The notes beneath the pieces were generated by a model. It searched no databases. It was not told the DNA's origin and was given only the letters and a program-made list of their open reading frames with translations. Position numbers and translations under genes: made by a program. Below are positions 34,523 through 41,483 of a DNA stretch of 41,483 nt, piece after piece (positions within the stretch are counted from its first letter, which is position 1; each line of letters begins with the position of its first letter). The stretch comes from a virus (taxonomy: Duplodnaviria; Heunggongvirae; Uroviricota; Caudoviricetes), in the IMG/VR virus record IMGVR_UViG_2565956725_000003, positions 1 through 41,483 of that record. One strand, 5' to 3'.

Positions 34523-35107
34523 ATGAAAAGTATCCAGGACGTCCGCAGGCAAAATCTCAACGACTTGATCGACCGTGAATTCAATGGTGTTCAGACGCGG
34601 ATGGCAGAAAAACTTGGAACTCAGGCAAATCTGGTAAACCGCTGGGCTCTTGGCAAGAAGGTTATCGGCGACCAGGTTGCACGAAAAATTGAAGCTGCCG
34701 CCAATAAACCCCGTAACTGGCTTGATATTGATCGTTCGCTTTCTCAGGAGGGTTTTCAGCCTGTCGGCCCGAGCGATATAGGTCAGCTGGCGGCTCACAA
34801 CCTGGAACGCTGGATGAGCGAAAGCCGCGACCTTTCAACACAGGGAAAACTTCACCGCGCATCCGGCGTCGCCCAGGTGACAATCAGCCGCCTGTTAAAC
34901 AATGAGGTCAGCGTTTCCATTTCCACCCTGGAGAATGTTGCATCCGCATTCGGGCGTCACGGATATGAACTACTAATTCACCCGCACGACCCTGCGACTA
35001 TCAACTATGACCGCTCGCGCTACGCATTGTTACCCGAAGCCGAGAAAGCAAAGATCGAAAGTTACATTGAATTTGTCATCAACCAGAACGAAAAAAACAA
35101 ACAATAA
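34523..35107 (+). CDS. prophage repressor, dual HTH, no autocleavage domain
   Basis: 194 aa; two HTH-like segments (residues about 10-60 and 95-150); no S24 peptidase motifs; divergent from the cro-like gene; followed by a strong terminator. Confidence 0.7.
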   Translation: MKSIQDVRRQNLNDLIDREFNGVQTRMAEKLGTQANLVNRWALGKKVIGDQVARKIEAAANKPRNWLDIDRSLSQEGFQPVGPSDIGQLAAHNLERWMSESRDLSTQGKLHRASGVAQVTISRLLNNEVSVSISTLENVASAFGRHGYELLIHPHDPATINYDRSRYALLPEAEKAKIESYIEFVINQNEKNKQ

Positions 35108-35129
35108 AATCATATTTTTCAGTAAGTAA

Positions 35130-35152
35130 GCCGCCTTCTGGCGGCTTTTTTA
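35130..35152 (+). terminator. rho-independent terminator after the repressor gene
   Basis: GCCGCC-TTCT-GGCGGC followed by TTTTTTATT. Confidence 0.8.
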
Positions 35153-35163
35153 TTGCCTGTTCG

Positions 35164-35180
35164 ATTACCTGATAGGTAAT
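35164..35180. promoter_or_regulatory. operator-like palindrome (copy 9, OL-like)
   Basis: ATTACCTGATAGGTAAT, perfect, 19 bp upstream of TTGACA at 35199-35204. Confidence 0.65.
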
Positions 35181-35198
35181 TTTTTTAACTCATATCTA

Positions 35199-35227
35199 TT
35201 GACATCAAACCAAATACGCATAATTAT
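35199..35227 (+). promoter_or_regulatory. candidate early promoter (pL-like)
   Basis: TTGACA, 16-17 bp spacer, TAATTA/AATTAT; the -10 overlaps palindrome copy 10. Confidence 0.45.
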
Positions 35228-35242
35228 TACCTCAACGGTAAC
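35226..35242. promoter_or_regulatory. operator-like palindrome (copy 10)
   Basis: ATTACCTCAACGGTAAC overlapping the candidate -10; extra GGTAAC half-site at 35250-35255. Confidence 0.6.
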
Positions 35243-35260
35243 AGACCGAGGTAACAAGTT

Positions 35261-35422
35261 ATGCAGTGGAAAATCATCAACGGTTGGTACTGCGTTACTG
35301 CATGCGGATTCATGAGCTGGAAGTTCCGCACCTTACAGGAAGGCATTAAGTGGGCTTTCGTCAGCAAAGAAGCTCGCGATGTGGCCAACGATAACGAGAT
35401 ATGGGAGCAGGTTAGCAAATGA
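35261..35422 (+). CDS. small Trp-rich protein, first gene of the early operon (not in ORF track)
   Basis: 53 aa, RBS GAGGT, ATGA overlap with the next gene; preferred over the antisense 63-aa track ORF. Confidence 0.45.
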   Translation: MQWKIINGWYCVTACGFMSWKFRTLQEGIKWAFVSKEARDVANDNEIWEQVSK

Positions 35423-36453
35423 GTGAATTATCAATCATCGAAATCACACCAGATATGGCACCAAGAATTTACGTTGAAAAAGGACTGGAAAAGTTTCTTC
35501 AGCAGATCCGTGAAGGTGTTAATGAAGTGCCTGACATTAGCACAGACAAAGGCAGAAAGCGCATTGCATCTCTGGCTGCGAAGGTTTCAAGAAGTAAAAC
35601 AGCGGTAGAAAAACCAGGACGTGATTATCTGAAACGCCTGAAAGAACAGCCGAAAGTAGTTGAAGCAGAGTTACGACGCTTCGTAACCGAATGCGATCGG
35701 CTTCGTGATGAAGTACGCCGCCCACTCACCGAGTGGGAAAATGCTGAGAAATTACGCACCGAAGCACTACAACAACGCCTGACAAATTTGCGAGCACTAG
35801 CTGACGTGATCGATCTCTCCGGAAACTACTTGCCATCAACTGATATTCAGGAACGAATTCAAGAGGCTAAATCAGTAGCACTTGATGATAGTTGGCAGGA
35901 GTACGCAGCAGAAGCTGGAGTAGCCAAGGATTCAACCATCCAGAAACTGGAAGAATCACTCGCAGTAGCTCAAAAACGCGAGCATGAAGCCGCTGAGCTG
36001 GAGCGACTTCGCAAAGAAGCGGAGGAAAAAGCGCGCATTGAGCGAGAAGAGAATATTCGCCGGGAAGCTGCTGAACAGGCCAGGCTCGAAGCTGAACAAA
36101 AAGCGAAATCTGAAATTGAGGCTGCGGCACGCCTGGCGGCGGAAGAGAAAGCACGTGCTGAAGTAGCGGAACGTCAGCGAATTGAAGCAGAGCAGCGTGC
36201 ACAACGCGAAAAAGAAGAAGCCGTTGCCGAGGAACGCCGACGCCAAGAGGCGGCAGAAAAAGCCCGCCTTGACGAACAGAAGCGTATCGTCGACGAAGAA
36301 GCGCGCCGAGCTGCGGATAAAGAGCATCGCCGTACCGTTAACCGCAGAGTAATCGAAGATCTGATAGCCCAAGGCATTCCCGAAGAATTCGCGCAGAAAG
36401 CAATGTTGGCTATCGCTGGCGGCAAAGTGCAGGACGCGTATATCAAATATTGA
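35419..36453 (+). CDS. coiled-coil E/R/K/A-rich protein, hypothetical
   Basis: 344 aa with a long charged repetitive helical segment. Confidence 0.55.
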   Translation: MSELSIIEITPDMAPRIYVEKGLEKFLQQIREGVNEVPDISTDKGRKRIASLAAKVSRSKTAVEKPGRDYLKRLKEQPKVVEAELRRFVTECDRLRDEVRRPLTEWENAEKLRTEALQQRLTNLRALADVIDLSGNYLPSTDIQERIQEAKSVALDDSWQEYAAEAGVAKDSTIQKLEESLAVAQKREHEAAELERLRKEAEEKARIEREENIRREAAEQARLEAEQKAKSEIEAAARLAAEEKARAEVAERQRIEAEQRAQREKEEAVAEERRRQEAAEKARLDEQKRIVDEEARRAADKEHRRTVNRRVIEDLIAQGIPEEFAQKAMLAIAGGKVQDAYIKY

Positions 36454-36454
36454 G

Positions 36455-36760
36455 GTGGGTATGAACGTTAATCAGCAGAAAAATCTTCAAAAAATCATGC
36501 TGGCATTCGACAAAGACTACCGCCTGTCAGAACAGCTATATGACCGACAAGTTGAACTGATTGAGAGCATCCGACTTCATCAACTGTCCTCAACTTTCGA
36601 CGTTGTAACAGGCAAAGGCGTTCGTCAGGAAGTGCTGGAGGCTGCTAAAGACAGCCCTGAGTTCGAAGAACTGATGGATGCCTACCGGCGCGAGGCAATG
36701 GCAATTATCGCCCGCTGGGATCTGGCGGATCGGATTGATGGGCAGAGGGACGCGGCATGA
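36455..36760 (+). CDS. hypothetical protein
   Basis: 101 aa, RBS GAGGTGGG, coupled to the downstream exonuclease gene. Confidence 0.5.
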   Translation: MGMNVNQQKNLQKIMLAFDKDYRLSEQLYDRQVELIESIRLHQLSSTFDVVTGKGVRQEVLEAAKDSPEFEELMDAYRREAMAIIARWDLADRIDGQRDAA

Positions 36761-37656
36761 TGCAGAACGCTGGAATCATGGATAGAACAAAATACATCGG
36801 AGGAAGCGATGTTGCAGGGATTCTTGGAATTAGCCCATGGCGCACCCCGCTTGAGGTTTATCTGGATAAGGTCCAGTCACGTGTCAAACCAGTAGACCCA
36901 AGCAAGCAGAAAGTTTTCACGCGTGGCCAGCGTATGGAGCCATACGTAATAGACCTGCTTTCTGAGGAAACAGGGATGGAAATCGTTCATCGCGGAAACC
37001 GCTATATCCACCGTGATTACGATTTTATTGCAGCTGAGATCGATGCAGAAGCAGCGTCAGGCGAGAACATTGAGATCAAAACAGTTAGTCCGTTCAAAGC
37101 CAAAGAATGGGGAGAAATCCAGACAGATGCAATTCCTGTGCATTACACGGCCCAGGCCATGCACGGGTTGATGGTTACAAACAAACAGGTATGCGTTTTC
37201 GGTGTGCTTATCGGTGGCGACGACTTCCGAATCTATCGGGTTGAGCGTGATGAAGAAACTATCCAGGCGATCTTAGAAAAAGAAATCGCTTTCTGGGACC
37301 GAGTGAAAAATCTTAACCCGCCGGAAGCTACCAGCGTAAGCGATGTATCGCTGATGTTTGAGAAAGATGCCGGGACAAGTATCGAGGCTGACGGAAAGGC
37401 ACTCGCACTATTCAACGATCTACGAGACATGAAGTCACGCAGAAAATCACTGGAAGAAGAAATAGCTATATCAGAAGAGAAGCTGAAGATGTACATGCAA
37501 GAGCACTCAGTCCTGACCCTGGACGGAAAGCCGCTCTGCACATGGAAATCTCAGATCAGCAACAGATTCGACCAGAAGCTATTCCAGTCAGTACACCCTG
37601 AGTTATTCGAAAAATTCAAAACAACAACGACACAACGCGTCTTCAGAATGAAGTAA
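36757..37656 (+). CDS. YqaJ-type viral recombinase exonuclease
   Basis: 299 aa; N-terminal hallmark YIGGSDVAGILGISPWRTPLEVY; immediately upstream of recT. Confidence 0.8.
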   Translation: MMQNAGIMDRTKYIGGSDVAGILGISPWRTPLEVYLDKVQSRVKPVDPSKQKVFTRGQRMEPYVIDLLSEETGMEIVHRGNRYIHRDYDFIAAEIDAEAASGENIEIKTVSPFKAKEWGEIQTDAIPVHYTAQAMHGLMVTNKQVCVFGVLIGGDDFRIYRVERDEETIQAILEKEIAFWDRVKNLNPPEATSVSDVSLMFEKDAGTSIEADGKALALFNDLRDMKSRRKSLEEEIAISEEKLKMYMQEHSVLTLDGKPLCTWKSQISNRFDQKLFQSVHPELFEKFKTTTTQRVFRMK

Positions 37657-37665
37657 GGAGAAAAA

Positions 37666-38688
37666 ATGTCTATCAATGCACTTAAGGCAGCGGCTACCGG
37701 TAACCAAGTTGCACATCATAATGAGAAACCAACAACTCTGGCCGGACTTCTGGCAGACCCAAAAATTAAAGCTCAGATGGCTTTGGCACTTCCAAAGCAC
37801 ATGACAGCAGACCGTCTGGCGCGCATAGCAACCACAGAGATCCGAAAGGTTCCAAAACTTGCATCATGCGACCAAGCCAGCTTCCTGGGGGCAATCATGC
37901 AATGTGCCCAATTGGGTCTTGAACCAGGCGGAGCTCTTGGACACGCTTACCTGATACCGTTCGACAAACGCCAGAAAGTAAATGGAAGATGGGAAACCGT
38001 ATCTACAGAAGCACAGCTGATTATCGGCTATCGCGGAATGATTGACCTTGCCCGCCGCTCTGGGCAGATCCTGAGTATCTCGGCTCGTACCGTACATACA
38101 AACGACAAATTCAGCTACTCATACGGCCTGGAAGAAACGCTCGAGCATTTACCTTGCGAAACAGGTGACCGCGGAGAATTAACGCACGTTTACGCCGTTG
38201 CACGACTGAAAGATGGCGGAGTCCAATTTGAAGTTATGAGCCGGGCAGACGTTGAGAAAGTTCGTGCACTGAGCAAAGCCGGTAGCAGTGGCCCATGGGT
38301 TGATCACTTCGATGAGATGGCTAAAAAAACAGTAATTCGCCGACTGTTCAAATATCTTCCTGTTTCTATTGAAATGCAGAAGGCTGTTGTTATGGATGAG
38401 CGCGCTGAAGCTGGACTTAGCCAAGATAACGCAGCTGTTATCACTGGTGAATATTCCGTAGTTGACGATGAGCGTCAACACCTGTCGCCAATTTCAGATT
38501 CAGAACGAGAAGAAGCTCGAGAATATATCATCGCGATACTTAATAGCCTGGATCCATCTGCTGAAGATGCAAAAACGATGTTCAAGCGCGCTGAAAATGA
38601 GATTAACACCATGGCTGAAAAGCTCGGTGATGAATATCACCAAAAATTCATGATGACGCTTAACGATATGCGTCCAGAATTCGAGTAA
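37666..38688 (+). CDS. recT: RecT-family single-strand annealing protein
   Basis: 340 aa; long blocks near-identical to Rac RecT as recalled (RIATTEIRKVP, LGLEPGGALGHAYLIPF, LIIGYRGMIDLARRSGQI, THVYAVARLKDGG, MAKKTVIRRLFKYLPVSIEMQ). Confidence 0.9.
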   Translation: MSINALKAAATGNQVAHHNEKPTTLAGLLADPKIKAQMALALPKHMTADRLARIATTEIRKVPKLASCDQASFLGAIMQCAQLGLEPGGALGHAYLIPFDKRQKVNGRWETVSTEAQLIIGYRGMIDLARRSGQILSISARTVHTNDKFSYSYGLEETLEHLPCETGDRGELTHVYAVARLKDGGVQFEVMSRADVEKVRALSKAGSSGPWVDHFDEMAKKTVIRRLFKYLPVSIEMQKAVVMDERAEAGLSQDNAAVITGEYSVVDDERQHLSPISDSEREEAREYIIAILNSLDPSAEDAKTMFKRAENEINTMAEKLGDEYHQKFMMTLNDMRPEFE

Positions 38689-38737
38689 CCACCACCGCGG
38701 CGCCACGCACGCCGCACTGCAACCAAGAGAGGTATTT

Positions 38738-38986
38738 ATGAAAGGTGCATTAGGTAAGAAGGAACTCCTGGCGGTGGTGCCACTGTCATGGAGCACTATC
38801 GACCGTATGGAGCGCGCAGGGGAATTTCCTAAACGCTGGTATATCACTGACAAACGCTGCGCATGGAACCGTGACGAAGTTGAGCGTTGGCTTGATGAAC
38901 GTCAGGCAGCAAGCCCGGCAGAGTTCCAGGGTAAAAAGCCTCCTGTTCAGCAACGTGTATATCGTCCTGTGAGCAACGCTGCATGA
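38738..38986 (+). CDS. AlpA-family HTH protein (candidate excisionase)
   Basis: 82 aa; pattern LLAVVPLSWSTIDRMERAGEFPKR...RCAWNRDEVERWLDER resembles AlpA/TorI-type factors. Confidence 0.5.
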   Translation: MKGALGKKELLAVVPLSWSTIDRMERAGEFPKRWYITDKRCAWNRDEVERWLDERQAASPAEFQGKKPPVQQRVYRPVSNAA

Positions 38987-39095
38987 GTGCGCTGCTAAGG
39001 CACTGGAGCAAATGGTCAGGATGGTACTTATTCCTGGCCTCTGTTTCAGCATGGCTTTATCTGCTGGCATTAATTTTCAGAGAGGGTTGGATTAA

Positions 39096-39395
39096 GTGAG
39101 AAAGTTAAGCCGACTTGAAAAATATCACATGAACAAGGTTTCAATGCGCAGCCCTTCAAAGGTTGTTGCCGTTACTCCTGCGGCGATAGAGATCGAAAAA
39201 CGCGCGATTGAAAGAGAGAAAAAAGGGCAGTTCCGCATTGCCGCCCACCTTTGGCTTCAGTGTATGGATGTTGCTTCTGGTGATGTTGAACGTGCAAGGA
39301 TCGCGGTTCGCAGGGACCAATGTATCACAAAAGGTAACGGCCTTCGCCGTGGCGACTATAGCGGCATAGGATGTTGTGGGGTGGTTTATGACTAA
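39096..39395 (+). CDS. hypothetical small regulator-like protein
   Basis: 99 aa from GTG 39096; start uncertain; overlaps the methyltransferase start. Confidence 0.35.
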   Translation: MRKLSRLEKYHMNKVSMRSPSKVVAVTPAAIEIEKRAIEREKKGQFRIAAHLWLQCMDVASGDVERARIAVRRDQCITKGNGLRRGDYSGIGCCGVVYD

Positions 39396-40038
39396 GAAAT
39401 ACACACTAATCTATGCAGATCCCCCCTGGGCATACCGGGACAAAACCACAGATGGTAATCGCGGTGCCGGTTTTAAATATCCGGTTATGAGTGTGCTGGA
39501 TATCTGCCGCCTTCCTGTGTGGGATTTGGCCGGTGAAAACTGTCTGTTGGCCATGTAGTGGGTGCCAACACAACCACTCGAAGCACTAAAAGTTGTTGAA
39601 GCCTGGGGATTCCGTCTGATGACCATGAAGGGCTTCACGTGGATAAAATGTGGTAGTCGACAACCAGATAAACTGGTTATGGGGATGGGACACATGACTC
39701 GCGCCAACAGTGAAGATTGCCTGTTTGCGGTAAAGGGAAAACTACCTCCGCGCATTAATGCAGGTATCGTTCAGTCATTTACCGCACCGCGGCTTGAGCA
39801 TTCAAGAAAACCAGATGTCGTTCGTGAAAAACTTGTGCAATTGTTAGGCGATGTTTCTCGCATTGAACTGTTCGCCCGCCAGTCGTCTCATGGCTTCGAT
39901 GTTTGGGGTAATCAGTGCGAAGACCCGGCAGTACAACTACACCCAGGATACGCGTTGGATATTGGCGGATTAACAAATGCATTCAGCAATGCTCCGCTGT
40001 CACCAACAGACAACCAGGGGCGGGAGCGTGCAGCATGA
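39388..40038 (+). pseudogene. MT-A70-type DNA adenine methyltransferase interrupted by an in-frame amber codon
   Basis: ATG 39388 gives MTKKYTLIYADPPWAY (DPPW motif); in-frame TAG at 39556-39558; the same frame continues WVPTQPLEAL...EHSRKP to 40038. Confidence 0.65.
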
Positions 40039-40229
40039 ACAGGGCATCACCAGCAGATTTAAGGAAATGCCTTGAAACTGCAAACATGCTTGCACACAGC
40101 GGGATCAGGTTTGTTCCAATTCCCGCTGTCACTGATGCTGAATTTGCAACACTGTCAGCAATATTCGAAAACAAAATTGAATCACTGGCAGCAGAAGTAG
40201 AGATGGAAGAAAATCAGCAGAACTATTAA
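40035..40229 (+). CDS. DUF1382-like small phage protein
   Basis: 64 aa from internal ATG with ATGA overlap to the methyltransferase stop; GIRFVPIPAVTDAEFATL segment. Confidence 0.45.
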   Translation: MNRASPADLRKCLETANMLAHSGIRFVPIPAVTDAEFATLSAIFENKIESLAAEVEMEENQQNY

Positions 40230-40232
40230 ACG

Positions 40233-41483
40233 TTATTCCCCCGCCATCCACTTCTCAAACTTCGACGGGGAGAACGGAATCAGATCCGTATGCTCCCCGT
40301 TAATCCAGGAATCAATCATATCGGCCCACTGCTGCAACATGTAGGCGCGCTGTCTGGCGTATTCCGCTTTGTTATATACGGCGCGCACACCTTTCTGCTC
40401 ATGTGCCAGAGCCTTTTCAATCCAGTCTGAAGGATAACCAGCCTCATGCAACAACGTACTGGCTGTACGGCGCATATCGTGTACGGTGAAGCCCTGAATA
40501 TGCTCACCATCTTCATTTATTATTTTCACCGTTCTGTCGATCAGAGAGTTCAGCGCGGCATTAGATAATGGCTTCCGGAAATTGTAACGCCCAGGAACAA
40601 GATATTCACTTCCACCAGCGCACATCTGCAACCCAACCAATATATCCTGTGCCTGTTTAGGCAGGTAAATAACGTGCGCCCGGCTTCCCTTCATGCGGTC
40701 TGAAGGAATTGTCCATGTCCATTTTTTAAAATCTATTTCATCCCACGTTGCATTGGTGAATTCGCCTTTACGAACCATAGTGATAAGCACCAGCTTTAAA
40801 GCCATTTTCATAGTGCCCATAGCACCAATGGCATCCAGCGTGCGGAAGAACAGGCCAATTTCTTCTGGTGTCAGTGTTCGCTCTCGTGGTTTAAATATGG
40901 CGATAGACGAAGGTTTAATGTCAGCCGCAGGATTAAACAAACCATGACCACGGTCATTGGCGTGACGGTATACGCTGCTGATGATCTCCCTGGCCTGTAC
41001 TGCTGTTGCCCGACCACCGCGTTCGACAATCCGGTCACACAAATCACGAACCATCGATGTGGTAATTTCAGCCATCATTTTGTTGCCAAGAACCGGAAGT
41101 ATGTCACGGTCGATCACCGCCTGCTTCATTGCGCGGGTACTGTCAGCCAGGATGACGTGTTTCATATAACTGTCGGTATGTACCGCAAACGTCTCGGCAC
41201 CACGAATCTTTTTGATACCGTCACGTTTAGCCGCAGCCGGCGACTGGCCTGCTTTAAGCAGCTTCTTTGCAGCAATCAGTTCTTCTCGCGCTTCTGCCAG
41301 GCTGATACCGTCACGCCCATACTGCCCGATTACCAGTGTTTCGCGGCGACCGTTGATACGGTAGTCATAGCGAAACGAGACCGTGCCTGACGTAAGCACA
41401 GCTACATACAGCCCGTCACGATCGGAGACCTTATACAGTTTGTCCTGCGGCTTGAGGTTTTTTAATTTTGTATCGGTAAGCAC
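40233..41483 (-). CDS. int: tyrosine integrase (P4/CP4-57-like), 5' end at window edge
   Basis: 416 aa; arm-binding N-terminus LTDTKLKNLKPQDKLYKVSDRDGLYVAV; C-terminal catalytic region with HDMRRT and RAVYNKAEY; first codon at the edge is GTG so the true start may lie just outside. Confidence 0.9.
   Translation of the reverse strand: MLTDTKLKNLKPQDKLYKVSDRDGLYVAVLTSGTVSFRYDYRINGRRETLVIGQYGRDGISLAEAREELIAAKKLLKAGQSPAAAKRDGIKKIRGAETFAVHTDSYMKHVILADSTRAMKQAVIDRDILPVLGNKMMAEITTSMVRDLCDRIVERGGRATAVQAREIISSVYRHANDRGHGLFNPAADIKPSSIAIFKPRERTLTPEEIGLFFRTLDAIGAMGTMKMALKLVLITMVRKGEFTNATWDEIDFKKWTWTIPSDRMKGSRAHVIYLPKQAQDILVGLQMCAGGSEYLVPGRYNFRKPLSNAALNSLIDRTVKIINEDGEHIQGFTVHDMRRTASTLLHEAGYPSDWIEKALAHEQKGVRAVYNKAEYARQRAYMLQQWADMIDSWINGEHTDLIPFSPSKFEKWMAGE

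Larger units (their letters stand above)
1165..41483. mobile_element. integrated temperate prophage (T7-like virion module, lambdoid regulation), right end beyond window
   Basis: Contiguous lysis, tailspike, virion, packaging, replication, immunity, recombination and integrase modules; left boundary inferred from the att core. Confidence 0.85.

Noticed and set aside
1-41483. CRISPR arrays, insertion sequences, transposases, rRNA genes
   Set aside because: No regularly spaced short direct repeats, no transposase-like ORFs with terminal inverted repeats, and no rRNA-like segments were seen on either strand.

Overview
Almost the whole window is one integrated temperate phage, about 40 kb, running off the right edge. 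At the left are two host-like genes on the + strand (a lipoprotein and a secreted coiled-coil protein, candidates yfgH/yfgI), a shared terminator, and a 15-nt guaA 3'-end-like att core at 1165-1179. The prophage then runs, mostly on the minus strand: lysis cassette (Rz/Rz1, GH19 endolysin, holin), tailspike, a convergently transcribed accessory island (6.1-9.2 kb), T7-like internal virion, tail-tube, capsid, scaffold and portal genes, an inserted tRNA-Arg(UCU) plus one gene, terminase, early genes (Ea22-like, DUF551, lambda P-like and O-like replication genes with ori-like iterons), and a Cro-like/repressor immunity region. To the right on the + strand are a YqaJ-type exonuclease, RecT, an AlpA-like protein, an amber-interrupted MT-A70 methyltransferase, and a tyrosine integrase whose 5' end is cut by the window edge. 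The most unusual signals are: (1) a 17-bp palindrome ATTACC-N5-GGTAAT present in at least ten copies, at the immunity region and at operon boundaries across the genome; (2) a near-consensus LexA box driving a small ORF that is a paralogue of the C-terminal domain of the adjacent Bro-N protein, paired with a repressor that lacks a self-cleavage domain; (3) an unrecognised AT-rich two-gene cassette. All calls come from reading the sequence and recalled family knowledge; no database search was run.
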